DNA of 64,000 bases, from the NCBI GenBank assembly GCA_963736115.1, contig CAVTNR010000022.1, positions 64,001 to 128,000 on the forward strand, given 5' to 3'. Made by a program: the position numbers and the translations under genes. This stretch comes from an uncultured bacterium. GTDB lineage: Bacteria; Zhuqueibacterota; QNDG01; DTFT01. Below, in pieces: positions 1-9,432 of the stretch. Within the stretch, counting starts at the first letter, position 1; each line of letters begins with the position of its first letter. Below the pieces are notes generated by a model. That model was given only the letters and a program-made list of their open reading frames with translations, was not told the DNA's origin and searched no databases.

Positions 1-108
1 CGGCTGATCGCTGAACTCAACCGGCTCTCCGAAAAACTCAACGGCGGCGCGAAGCCGCTTCTGCCCGGAGGCGAAATGCCGCCGGCGCCGGCCGTCCCGG
101 TCCGCTGA
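1..108 (+). CDS. 3' end of an unidentified upstream gene (partial)
   Basis: Frame +1 is open from the window edge (RLIAELNRLSEKLNGG...PVR*) to TGA at 106-108, 15 bp before the next ATG. Confidence 0.4.
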   Translation, partial: RLIAELNRLSEKLNGGAKPLLPGGEMPPAPAVPVR

Positions 109-123
109 GTCCCGCGGCCATTC

Positions 124-786
124 ATGGAATCCCCCGGAGTCACACCGCTTTTCACCCTCTTCGCCGCAAGTTTCGCAATCGCCTTTTCCGGCGCACTCAT
201 GCCTGGACCGCTTCTGACCGCCACCATCGCGGCAAGCGCGCGCCGCGGCCCGTCGGCCGGCCCTCTGATCATCGCAGGCCATGCGGTTCTCGAGTCCGGC
301 CTGTTGGTCGCGCTCATGCTGGGGCTTTCTCCGATTCTCGCCAAAGACGGGGTTTTCGTCGGCATCTCCTTTCTGGGAGGCGCTGTTCTGGCCTGGATGG
401 CAGGCGGTATGTTCCGATCGCTTTCCTCCCTGACCGTGCCTCGAGCCCAGCAGAAAGGCGGCGGCAACCGGCTCGTGTGGACGGGTGTGGCCATGAGCCT
501 CTCGAATCCCTACTGGATCATCTGGTGGGCGACGATCGGACTGGGCGCCATTCTTCAGGCGCGGCGTTTCGGCGTCCCGGGTGTGGCGGCTTTCTTCTCG
601 GGCCATATTCTCGCGGATCTCGGATGGTACAGCCTGGTGTCTTTCGCGGTTGGGAAGGGCAAGCGGTTTTTCTCGGACCGGATTTACCGCAGGCTGGTCG
701 CGGTGCTGGCCGCTCTGATGCTGGTGTTCGCCGCGGCTTTCCTGTTCGCCGGAGCGGGAAGGCTGAGGGAGATGATCCAACACTGA
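124..786 (+). CDS. LysE/RhtB family amino-acid efflux translocator
   Basis: 220 aa hydrophobic protein with ALMPGP and LSNPYW motifs typical of LysE. Confidence 0.85.
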   Translation: MESPGVTPLFTLFAASFAIAFSGALMPGPLLTATIAASARRGPSAGPLIIAGHAVLESGLLVALMLGLSPILAKDGVFVGISFLGGAVLAWMAGGMFRSLSSLTVPRAQQKGGGNRLVWTGVAMSLSNPYWIIWWATIGLGAILQARRFGVPGVAAFFSGHILADLGWYSLVSFAVGKGKRFFSDRIYRRLVAVLAALMLVFAAAFLFAGAGRLREMIQH

Positions 787-890
787 CGGAAGAAAAGAAT
801 AGAACGCGGACGCCTTCGGCGCGCGGATGTGGCGGATGGACGCGGATAAAGTGGGAGGGATGAGGTAATTCGTTGATACCGTTTTGGAAT

Positions 891-916
891 GCGGCCGCAT
901 GAGGCCGCTTTTTTTT
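891..916 (+). terminator. Intrinsic terminator after LysE gene
   Basis: GCGGCC-gcatga-GGCCGC followed by T8. Confidence 0.65.
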
Positions 917-918
917 AT

Positions 919-1021
919 CCCGGCAGCCGCACACTTCAGGGTGCGTTTGAAACTGAAATAGTGGAACACGTATAACCGCGGATGGAGACAGTAACCCGGT
1001 AGCCGCACCCTTCAGGGCGCG
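919..1021 (+). repeat. Two tandem GTAG-type REP-like palindromes (76-bp period)
   Basis: cccggcagccgcacacttcagggtgcg (919-945) and cccggtagccgcacccttcagggcgcg (995-1021); a related copy gtagccgcgagctttagctcgcg is at 25874. Confidence 0.6.
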
Positions 1022-1249
1022 CTTGGAAAGATGAGGATTGAACCCAGCTATCCCCGGATGAAACCCAAAAGGGAAGAATCCGGAAAGCGATCTTTTTTTT
1101 CTAAAAACATGAAACCCGCAATCCTTTCACCTTATGCATGACCCCCTCTGGCCTGACCTTTGCCCTCAATTCTTTGCTGACTCCGCACCACACAAATATT
1201 GAATTAAACGCTGCTGAGTATTTCAAAATCAACATCTAAGAGGTGCAGC

Positions 1250-3880
1250 ATGAAAAGGCGGTCCATGCTTTTAGGGGGGATTCTGGTCGCAACCTTAATT
1301 CCGGCAATTCTTTCGGCCGGGCTGTGTGAGAGGCCCAGGTCCAACCTCAGGCATCACCGCAAGGCCGAAAAGCGGGAATCTCGCATGGTCGTTCAGTCGA
1401 GACGCCCGGATGACGTTTTTCCCATAAAATCAAGGCCTTCGGGCCTGCTGAAACCCGGCCGGCCTTCCGACCTCTCCGAAATCTCCAGATTGCCGGTTCT
1501 CGACGATTTCTTCGTGTATTCCTCGGGTTTTCCCGTGATCACGGCATCCGGCGAAATCATGATCGTCTTCACTTCAGACTGGACCTATCAAATCCGGTAT
1601 AGTAAAAGCCCGGACGGCGGCCTGACCTGGGATGATCCGGTGGACATCACGGAATCCGACTCCCCTGAGCAGATCAGCGGTATCCGAACCGTGGAGGGTC
1701 GCATCATCGCGGTGTGGCGGCAGTGGGCGGACGGCACGCAGATCATGCGGATCCACTCGGACGACGAGGGCTTGACCTGGTCCGACCCGGCCATGATCGA
1801 GGATTCGGGCATGCTGTTCCACCCGACGGTCACGCAGTCAGCGGACGGCAGGCTGTGGCTTTTCTTCAGCCGCACCTGGGACTGGGATTCCTTCGAAACC
1901 CTGTACCGGATCAGCGAGGACGGCGGAGACACCTGGGGCCCCGAAGCCGTGCTCCCGACCAGCGGCTGGTGGGCCTCTGAAGTGTCGCTCGCGTCCGAAC
2001 CCGGAATGCCGGTCATCGCCCTGTATGATGAAGCCGACTGGGAGACCAGCGGCATCTGGGGGAGGGCTCTGCTGGCCAGCGGGGAATGGACCGACCCGCC
2101 GGTGCTGATCACGGACCCGTCTGCGTACGCCACGCACCCCCGCACGTTCATGAACGGGGACGGTTCGCAGACTTTAATCTACACGCGGCAGACACGGCAG
2201 CTGTGGCAGTATTCCTTCGACTACGCCCAAAGCACGGTTGAAATCATGCGTTATTCGCCGGAGACGCTGGCGTGGGGCGCCCCGGAGCCGTTCACGGCCT
2301 ACGCGGGACGGGACGAGCTCTCCAACGTGTGCATGAGGGAGGGCGGGCCCTTCATCGTGTTCGCATCGGACCGTTGGGGCGCGTACTCCCAGCTCTATTA
2401 CGGCCAGGCCGGGCAGAGCGAGGACGTGAACCCTCCGCCCGCTTTCGCCGGAGCGACGGTCGCCCCGCCGCGCGCGGGCCGTCCGGTCACGCTCCTGGCC
2501 TGGGTATTCGACGAATCAGCGGTGTCCGAAGTGACCTTCACCGTGGAGCATGAAGACGGATCGGTCGAGGGCCCGTTTTCCATGCACGACGACGGAGCGC
2601 ACGGCGACAGCCTTGCGGGAGACGGTATCTGGGGCGCGGCCGCGGGGCCGTTCGAGCCCGGCCGGCTCGTGGGTTTCAGCTTCTCTGTGCGGGACGACGG
2701 CGGCAACGAGGTCGAGTCGCGAAGCTGGACGTTCAATCCGCCGGCCGTGCACGACGCGGGCAATGTGGTTTTGCGCGTCTCGGAAGACGGGTCGATCGCG
2801 GGCCCGGAGCTGGAAGAACTGGGCGGGTTCTGGCCACAGAAGGGGGGCCAGGGCTACTTGTACTTAGGCGGGTTCTGGGCAGGCGCGGATATCGGCGGCG
2901 AAAAGCGGGTTTCAAGCGTGGACTGGAATTCCGGGGACTGGCGCCGTGTGGAGGGAACGCCGTTCACCCTTGGGCCGGGCGTATCGGATCAGGACGTGAC
3001 CATCACGTACGCGGACTCGTCCGATTGGAATGAGAACCCCATCGGGCTTGCGGTGCGCCAGACGTCGCTTCAATGGTCAGGGCCTTCGAGAGACGATTTC
3101 GTCATTTTCAATTATTCCGTCCGGAACACGGCCGAAAGTGGAGACCTGGACAGCCTGTTCGCGGGCATGTGGCTCGACCCGGACGTGCCGTGGTACGACT
3201 GGGAAAACAACCTTCCCGCGTACGACGCGTCGCGGGGCCTGCTGATTCTGCGCAATGCGACGGAAGGGACCGCGGGCTGGTTCGGATGCCGCCTGCTTGG
3301 GCCGGCGAAGGCCCCGTTTTCGGTGCGCGCCCTGGGGGAATCGGACCCGGGATTCGAAGCGGAAAGCGACGATTCCAGGTACGGTCTGCTGGCCGGCGGC
3401 GCGGTCAGCGTAGCCGGGGACACATCCGATTATCAGCTGCTCTTGTCCGCTCCGCCATTTTCCCTGGCTTCGGGCGATTCGTTCTTCGTGTCGTTCGGAA
3501 TCGTTCTGGGAAGCGGGCTCGATGAGCTGCAGGCAAACGCGGACACCATGCTCGCCGTGTACCAGCGCCTCCGTCAGCCGTCGGCCGTGGATTGTTCTCC
3601 CGGCGGTCTGACGCCTTTCTCTTTCGCATTGGATCAGAACCATCCGAACCCCTTCAACCCCTCGACGTTCGTCGGCTTCCGCCTGCCGGTTTCAGGTCAG
3701 GTGATGGTGAAGGTATACGACATGATGGGACGGGAGGTGGCCGTGCTCGCGGACCGGTCCATGCCGGCCGGCTCGCACCGTCTGGAATGGAACGCTTCCG
3801 GGTTCGGGAGCGGCGTGTACTTCTGCCGCATTCAGGCCGGTGAGTTCACGGCTGTGAGGAAAATGGTGTTGATGAAGTGA
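1250..3880 (+). CDS. Secreted BNR/Asp-box (sialidase-like) beta-propeller protein with choice-of-anchor X-like domain and T9SS-type C-terminal sorting domain
   Basis: Signal peptide; Asp-boxes SPDGGLTW, SDDEGLTW, SEDGGDTW; MHDDGAHGDSLAGDGIW motif; C-terminal NHPNPFNP...SGVYFCRI...RKMVLMK. Confidence 0.75.
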   Translation: MKRRSMLLGGILVATLIPAILSAGLCERPRSNLRHHRKAEKRESRMVVQSRRPDDVFPIKSRPSGLLKPGRPSDLSEISRLPVLDDFFVYSSGFPVITASGEIMIVFTSDWTYQIRYSKSPDGGLTWDDPVDITESDSPEQISGIRTVEGRIIAVWRQWADGTQIMRIHSDDEGLTWSDPAMIEDSGMLFHPTVTQSADGRLWLFFSRTWDWDSFETLYRISEDGGDTWGPEAVLPTSGWWASEVSLASEPGMPVIALYDEADWETSGIWGRALLASGEWTDPPVLITDPSAYATHPRTFMNGDGSQTLIYTRQTRQLWQYSFDYAQSTVEIMRYSPETLAWGAPEPFTAYAGRDELSNVCMREGGPFIVFASDRWGAYSQLYYGQAGQSEDVNPPPAFAGATVAPPRAGRPVTLLAWVFDESAVSEVTFTVEHEDGSVEGPFSMHDDGAHGDSLAGDGIWGAAAGPFEPGRLVGFSFSVRDDGGNEVESRSWTFNPPAVHDAGNVVLRVSEDGSIAGPELEELGGFWPQKGGQGYLYLGGFWAGADIGGEKRVSSVDWNSGDWRRVEGTPFTLGPGVSDQDVTITYADSSDWNENPIGLAVRQTSLQWSGPSRDDFVIFNYSVRNTAESGDLDSLFAGMWLDPDVPWYDWENNLPAYDASRGLLILRNATEGTAGWFGCRLLGPAKAPFSVRALGESDPGFEAESDDSRYGLLAGGAVSVAGDTSDYQLLLSAPPFSLASGDSFFVSFGIVLGSGLDELQANADTMLAVYQRLRQPSAVDCSPGGLTPFSFALDQNHPNPFNPSTFVGFRLPVSGQVMVKVYDMMGREVAVLADRSMPAGSHRLEWNASGFGSGVYFCRIQAGEFTAVRKMVLMK

Positions 3881-3889
3881 GCTTGCACA

Positions 3890-3927
3890 TGCGACGCGCC
3901 TTCAGAGTGATTGGAAGGTGCGTCGCA
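3890..3927. repeat. REP-like palindrome, TGCGACGCACCTT...AAGGTGCGTCGCA family
   Basis: tgcgacgcgccttc / gaaggtgcgtcgca arms; related copies at 4867-4908, ~11104, ~50334 and ~51565. Confidence 0.65.
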
Positions 3928-4208
3928 CGCGGCAGAACGCGATCCCGGAGTCCCGTCGAGAATGCTGTCGGATGAACGGATTATTCTCGCCTTTGATCCA
4001 GGAGACCCCGGAGTCCGATGATTGACAAGAGCGTAGCATATGAAGTGCCGGAGAGACTGCGACCGTGCCGGTCGGCTTCAAGGCGCTCGGCACGTACGGG
4101 TTCAAGCCGGAGGAGAGAGAACGCGAAATAACCGATATGCCGTCATCTGTCATGACGGGAAAAAGTCTGCGGGCGCTTATGCGTGTTTGAAACGAAAGGA
4201 AAAAGTGA

Positions 4209-4604
4209 ATGGAAGACCTGATCAACCAATATGCCGAGGTGAAAGCCGATCCCAGGGGTAAAACCCTGTCGGTGAAGTTCCTGAAATTCGTCCCATTTCA
4301 GGAATTCGTCAAGATCGTGGAGCACGAGTTCGCACTTGTCAAACACCATCAGTTGAAGAAATGCATCATCGACCTGCGCCAGATCCCCGTGTACGACAAG
4401 GGCATGCCGGAATACGTCAAGGACGTGTGGTTTCCGACCGCCATCTCGCTCGGCATCAAATGCGCCGCGTTCGTTGTCCCTGAGGCCGTTCTGGGGCAGA
4501 TGACCATGTCCAAGGCCCACGAAAAGGCCGAAGAAATACCGGTTCTCGAGGTCAATCATTTCAAGGACGTCGAGCCGGCGATGGAGTGGCTGAACGCCCG
4601 TTAA
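4209..4604 (+). CDS. STAS/SEC14 (SpoIIAA-like) domain protein
   Basis: 131 aa; IIDLR, WFPTAISLGIKCAAFVVP and F..VEPAMEWL pattern of SpoIIAA-like proteins. Confidence 0.65.
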   Translation: MEDLINQYAEVKADPRGKTLSVKFLKFVPFQEFVKIVEHEFALVKHHQLKKCIIDLRQIPVYDKGMPEYVKDVWFPTAISLGIKCAAFVVPEAVLGQMTMSKAHEKAEEIPVLEVNHFKDVEPAMEWLNAR

Positions 4605-4653
4605 GGCGCATGCGGGTTAGTTCATGTTTGAACGCGCTTTGTGCTTCTGCCGC

Positions 4654-4805
4654 ATTGAAGCTCCCCGCGGCTCGCTACGAGGGATCTATCTATTTTATTT
4701 ATGAATTATTGAAGATGAGCCGCGGGGAATCTTCTATCTGTAGTGAAGAAGATATTTTTTATTCGCTCGCTTACCCCGCCGCTTGCGGCGGGGTAAGCGA
4801 GCGAT
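4654..4805 (+). mobile_element. Non-autonomous palindromic element (MITE/PATE-like), copy 1
   Basis: Starts attgaagctccccgcggc, pairs with gccgcggggaat (4719-4730), and ends in the hairpin tcgctcgcttaccccgccgc-tt-gcggcggggtaagcgagcga; a homologous copy lies at 7111-7196 on the opposite strand. Confidence 0.6.
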
Positions 4806-4866
4806 CAGATTCAGGCCTAGGAGTACACGGCCGTGAGGAAGATGGTGTTGATGGAGTGACGTTTCA

Positions 4867-4908
4867 CATGCGACGCACCTTCAGGCTGATTAATAGGTGC
4901 GTCGCATG
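4867..4908. repeat. REP-like palindrome, TGCGACGCACCT family
   Basis: catgcgacgcacct / aggtgcgtcgcatg, 14-bp perfect arms. Confidence 0.65.
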
Positions 4909-4926
4909 CGGCTGTCCTAAAGTGTG

Positions 4927-4966
4927 AACGCTCCGGGAGGATTTAAACCTTCCGGAGCGTTTTTTT
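4927..4966 (+). terminator. Intrinsic terminator between convergent genes
   Basis: aacgctccggga...tccggagcgtt followed by a T-tract. Confidence 0.65.
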
Positions 4967-5030
4967 ACCTGTGAAGTACTACGAAGACAGAGGATCGCAC
5001 GTGCCTGGCAAATCCTCATCGAAGAATTTC

Positions 5031-7052
5031 TCAATAATAAAAACTTAGTCCGAACGTCGAGCTCGGCCGTAAAGTATACCCGACCCAGGTCCAGCTCGAG
5101 CTGAGCTCAAAAGTGAGACTCGTAATCGCTCCGGCCACACCTCCCTCGCCGGATGCCTCGTAGCGGAAACCGTTATCCAGGATCAATGGGGCGGAGCTGG
5201 CCGTTCCGGTGATTGTGACATCGGCCCATCCGGGGCTTCCCAGGTTGCCCCTGGTTTTGGCTGAATATGTCACGGAACCCGGGCTGCAGATCACGGTCAC
5301 GCTGCCGTCCGTCGTGCTGTTCACGCCCGAAAGAACATTGCCGTTCCACGTGACATCCGCGCTCCAAGTGAAGGAACAGGGATAGGTTTTCTCCTCATCC
5401 TTGTAATTCAGCCATTGGGTGTCAACGACCATGATGCCGCCAATGACTTTTTTGACCCGCGAGAAATCAATGTCGCTTCTGAGCCTCTTCACGTTCGTCC
5501 ACCTGAAGTCGACGTATTCGAGCGTCTGATTGTCGACGAAGCCCTTGACATAGAACCCGATTTTGTTGTCCCCTATCTTCAGGGGAATGGGCAGAATACC
5601 CTTGTTCGAAGACCCGCCTTTTCCCAGATACGCGCCTGCGCCGTCGTATGCCTCAAACACCTGGTAATGGTCCGTGTCCGCGATCCATATCGGGGTTTCG
5701 ATCGACCTGCAGTGCACCATAAGCGAGTCCGCGTAGGTGCTCAGGGTGTCGATCAACTCCGAGCCAGGCGCATTCCGCGCCCATAGCGTGTATTCGGGGA
5801 ACCGGTCGTTTCCGATGGTTCCGTTCTGAAATTCGGGCCATCGCTCTGAAATTTTCGACCACTCGATGTGCGTTGTTTTCGCCGCGTATCCGATCTGGTC
5901 GAACACCGTGCCCGGGCCGCCCGCGACCAGGGCGGACGAGTAGGGAAGGAGCGCGCCGTTCCGGTATTCGATCACCCGTGTCTTGTTGTTCGGATGGTTG
6001 GGGTCCGCGATATAAAGGGACCCCGTGGAAGGGACGATCTTGTAAACGATCATCGCGTGACCGGCTCCGGTCGCCCTTTCGCGGATCAGGACGTACTGCG
6101 GCTCGCCGGTCAGGAGCATCGCGAAGATGAAGGCGTACCACGAGAGATACGGCTTCTGCGTCTGAAATTCAAGTCGTTCGATCCAGCGGTCGAAGTTCTG
6201 GTCCTTCTGCAGGGTCGAGCTGAACCGGTATCCCCGCGGATTATCGTACCAGTTCCGGTACGCGTCCGCGGGGTTGTTCACCGTGTCGTACCGGTGGTTC
6301 AGGGCCGGTTCCTGTGCCAGACGCTTCTCGTAATAGTACCACATCGCGGCCATGGACTGGCCCGCGCAGTGGCCGCCGGGCGCGATGTATGACCCGTAGT
6401 TGGGGAATTCCCAGTCGTCTCTGCCGGGCTCGAAGCCGCTCGTGAGCGTCACCTGGTCATCCAGAAAGGAAGTCAGAATCGAAGCGATCACCATATTCCC
6501 GACGGCGCTTGCGGAGCCCCTGAAAAGCCCCTTGCGCAGGGATGCGCCCGACGGGGAGAGGTGCCGCGTCGAGAGCGTGACCGAGACGGAATCGATGTCC
6601 TCCACAGGAATCGGCTCCAGCGTTTCGGACACCTCGTCGTAGAAGAATCCCATGGCGAAGTGCCCGTCCGGAACCCGAGCCGGCACTTTCACGGTCATCG
6701 GGGTTTCGCAATACCCGCTTTCGGAGGCGATTTGGATCATGGGCGAGATCGGGTTGAAGCGGCTCCCCAGTTCGTGCGACGTGATCTCGGCGGCCGACAC
6801 CACAAACTGCCGGGACGCGTCGAACCCCCCGGCCGGGACCGTGATTTCGAATCCGTCGAGCGGGTCGCCGGGTTTGTTGATGCGGACCGTGCCGCCGGAC
6901 GCCGCGACCTGCAGCGTGCCGACTTCGGCCATGGAGCCGGTGAGGATGCGCCCCATGGAACCGTTTCCCGGCTTCAACGGGCCGCCGTCGTCCTTGCAGG
7001 AGAAGAAGGTCAGGAGGAGCGGGAGAATGAGGATGCGGCACAGGTTTTTCAT
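5031..7052 (-). CDS. Lipoprotein with putative papain-like Cys-His-Asp peptidase domain
   Basis: Start reassigned to MKNLCRILILPLLLTFFSC (lipobox); motifs FPNYG...GHCAGQS, GHAMIVY, YIADPN. Confidence 0.65.
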   Translation of the reverse strand: MKNLCRILILPLLLTFFSCKDDGGPLKPGNGSMGRILTGSMAEVGTLQVAASGGTVRINKPGDPLDGFEITVPAGGFDASRQFVVSAAEITSHELGSRFNPISPMIQIASESGYCETPMTVKVPARVPDGHFAMGFFYDEVSETLEPIPVEDIDSVSVTLSTRHLSPSGASLRKGLFRGSASAVGNMVIASILTSFLDDQVTLTSGFEPGRDDWEFPNYGSYIAPGGHCAGQSMAAMWYYYEKRLAQEPALNHRYDTVNNPADAYRNWYDNPRGYRFSSTLQKDQNFDRWIERLEFQTQKPYLSWYAFIFAMLLTGEPQYVLIRERATGAGHAMIVYKIVPSTGSLYIADPNHPNNKTRVIEYRNGALLPYSSALVAGGPGTVFDQIGYAAKTTHIEWSKISERWPEFQNGTIGNDRFPEYTLWARNAPGSELIDTLSTYADSLMVHCRSIETPIWIADTDHYQVFEAYDGAGAYLGKGGSSNKGILPIPLKIGDNKIGFYVKGFVDNQTLEYVDFRWTNVKRLRSDIDFSRVKKVIGGIMVVDTQWLNYKDEEKTYPCSFTWSADVTWNGNVLSGVNSTTDGSVTVICSPGSVTYSAKTRGNLGSPGWADVTITGTASSAPLILDNGFRYEASGEGGVAGAITSLTFELSSSWTWVGYTLRPSSTFGLSFYY

Positions 7053-7110
7053 GGTTCCCTCGCTTGATTGGATGCGTCCGGAGGGGAAGGCCAGGGCCGC
7101 GGAATCTGTC

Positions 7111-7196
7111 AGCGAGCGCATTCCCCGCGGCTTGTCTTCAACAATCAGGCATATAATCGATTGGTCCCGCGCAGTGGGTCGGCGGGGAGCTTCAAT
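7111..7196 (-). mobile_element. Non-autonomous palindromic element (MITE/PATE-like), copy 2 (internally shorter)
   Basis: Minus strand reads attgaagctccccgcc...ttgaagacaagccgcggggaatgcgctcgct and aligns with 4654-4730 over ~77 bp. Confidence 0.55.
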
Positions 7197-7531
7197 CCCG
7201 CAACCCTTTTTACGCGATAGGCGGACCAGGGCGCGGCGGGATGGGAAAAGCCCATGGTCCGATACCATATAAGAAAAGTAATTTTCGGGTGAATTGCAAG
7301 GGGAAATGGTATCGGCGTTGGTGTCATTTGCGACGCTATGGATCCTTCGGGATTTCACAATCCCGGGCGTAAGATGGTGCCGGGCTTCTATGCCCGGCTA
7401 ATCCATCATGGTTATCGGGGCAGAGCCCCGATGGTGACGCGCCCCGGGATGTAACTCCGGGGCGTATCCGGAATCCGGCCAGATGCGCAAAACCGGGTTG
7501 AAAATCCATCCGTAGAGTCATCACGCCAGAT

Positions 7532-7580
7532 AAAAAGCGGACCCCCCGAGGGCCGAAAGCGCCGCACCCGGGAGGTCCGC
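7532..7580 (-). terminator. Terminator after vWA gene
   Basis: gcggacc...ggtccgc stem with A5 on the + strand (T-tract on -). Confidence 0.5.
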
Positions 7581-7599
7581 CTCTGATCCGATCGTTCGG

Positions 7600-9432
7600 T
7601 CACTTTTTGGAGGCTTTGACCGCGATCGCGTTCTTCACCATTCCGACGAAATCCGCGAATTTTTCATCACCGGCCAGTTCCGCCTTCGCCTTCTCGGCGA
7701 CCGCGAGCACTTCCTCGAGCGACCCTTCCTTCGCCCAGTAGCTTCCCCGCAGGATTTCCGCGAATTCCGCGACCGCGGCGGCCGCGCGGAACCGGCCGGA
7801 CGCGGTTTCGAAGGATGCGGTTAAATCGCCCGTTCGGACGGGATGCGCGATCTCCCGCGTGTTTTCGCCGTTCTCGTCCTTGAACCGGAGTCTCACCGTT
7901 CCCAGCGGCTTTCCGCGCCTGTTTTCCGCGAGCTTCAGCTCGTACAGCGCCGTCACGGTGTGTCCGGCGCCGACTTCTCCGGCGTCGACCCTGTCGTTCC
8001 GGAAATCCCGGTCCGCGACGTCCCGGTTCTCGTACCCGAGCAGGCGCCAGCGTTCCACCGCGTCCGGGTCGAACGCCGTCTGGATTTTGACGTCTTTGGC
8101 GATGACCTGCAGCATCCCTGTCAGGCCGCCGGTGAAAATACGGCGCGCCTCGGTGAAGGTGTCGACGTAGTAGTAGTTGCCGTCCCCGTCGTCCGCCAGC
8201 CGCTCCATCAGCACATCGTTGTAATTGCCCATTCCGAATCCGACGGCCGTCAGCGTGATGCCCCTGTCCCTGTGGCTTCGGATGGTCTTCAAAATGCCCT
8301 CCGATCCCGTTTTCCCGACGTTGGCCACGCCGTCCGAACAGAGGATTACCCGGTTGATCGCGTCTTTCCGGAAGCCCTCCTCCGCCATTCCGTAGCCGAT
8401 ACGCAGGCCCTCCTCGGCGTACGTGGATCCGGCCGTCCGCAGCCCGTCGATCGCCTCCTCGATGCGTTCCCGCTCGCGGATGGACGTGTGGTCCAGCACC
8501 TTGCGTCCGGCGGATTCGTACACCGCGATGCCGACCCGGTCGGTTTCCTTCAGGTTGTCGAGGAGCACGCGCAGGCTTTTCTTGACCAGCTCCAGACGGT
8601 CCTCTCTCTGCATGGAACCCGACACGTCGATGACGAAGGTGAGGACCGCGTCCTTCCGGTTCTCGACCGCGACCGGTTTTCCCTGGATGCCGATTTTCAG
8701 GAGCACTTTGTTGCCTTCGCCGAAACGGGAGGGGGCGGCCTCGGTGTAGACGGCGAACGGTTGGTCCCGCGGGGGCGGCGGGTAGTTCCAGTCGAAATAG
8801 TTGACGAACTCCTCCACGCGGACCGCGTCCCTGTCGGGCATGCTGCCCCGGCCGAGATAATTGCGCGCGAGCGTGTACGAGGCGTTGTCCACATCGATGG
8901 AAAAAGTGGACAGCGAATCGTCGTCGGTATCCACGAACGGGTTGACGCCGTAATTCTCGAAGAACATGGAGTCGTATTCCTCGTCATTGGGCAGCGTGTT
9001 GCCGCCGTAAACGGGGACCTTGACAGACGAAAAGGCGGGCGGAGGAAGCGCCCACGACTCACCGGCTTTCGTGGCGAAGACGATAACCGGCTGGAGCCGG
9101 TCGATGGACAGCGCCGTCAGTGTGAAATCGACGCGGACAGTCGAATCGTTCCGGACGGTCACTCCTCTCGCGAAGGCGGATTGATAACCGATGAGGTTGC
9201 ATTGAAGCTCATAGTCGCCGGCTTTGACTGAAACCGAATAATGACCCTGGGGATCGCTGACCGCGCCCTTGTCCGTTCCGACGAGGGAAATGACGGCCCC
9301 GGGCACCGGGTTTCCGGCCGAGTCCGCGACGGTCCCGATGATTCTGCCGAAAGACCCGGCGATGGCGGCCTGCGTCCCGGCAAGCAGGGCCAGCGCAAGA
9401 ATCCAGCCGCGGAAAAAGGTTCTCCCTGTCAT
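7600..9432 (-). CDS. YfbK-like von Willebrand factor A domain protein with N-terminal carboxypeptidase-regulatory-like domain
   Basis: Signal peptide; STFSIDVDNASY, RVEEFVNYF, MIDAS DVSGSM, SDGVANVG, GYENR, DAGEVGAGHTVTALYE (vWF_A/VWA/DUF3520 layout); start reassigned to MTGRT. Confidence 0.85.
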   Translation of the reverse strand: MTGRTFFRGWILALALLAGTQAAIAGSFGRIIGTVADSAGNPVPGAVISLVGTDKGAVSDPQGHYSVSVKAGDYELQCNLIGYQSAFARGVTVRNDSTVRVDFTLTALSIDRLQPVIVFATKAGESWALPPPAFSSVKVPVYGGNTLPNDEEYDSMFFENYGVNPFVDTDDDSLSTFSIDVDNASYTLARNYLGRGSMPDRDAVRVEEFVNYFDWNYPPPPRDQPFAVYTEAAPSRFGEGNKVLLKIGIQGKPVAVENRKDAVLTFVIDVSGSMQREDRLELVKKSLRVLLDNLKETDRVGIAVYESAGRKVLDHTSIRERERIEEAIDGLRTAGSTYAEEGLRIGYGMAEEGFRKDAINRVILCSDGVANVGKTGSEGILKTIRSHRDRGITLTAVGFGMGNYNDVLMERLADDGDGNYYYVDTFTEARRIFTGGLTGMLQVIAKDVKIQTAFDPDAVERWRLLGYENRDVADRDFRNDRVDAGEVGAGHTVTALYELKLAENRRGKPLGTVRLRFKDENGENTREIAHPVRTGDLTASFETASGRFRAAAAVAEFAEILRGSYWAKEGSLEEVLAVAEKAKAELAGDEKFADFVGMVKNAIAVKASKK

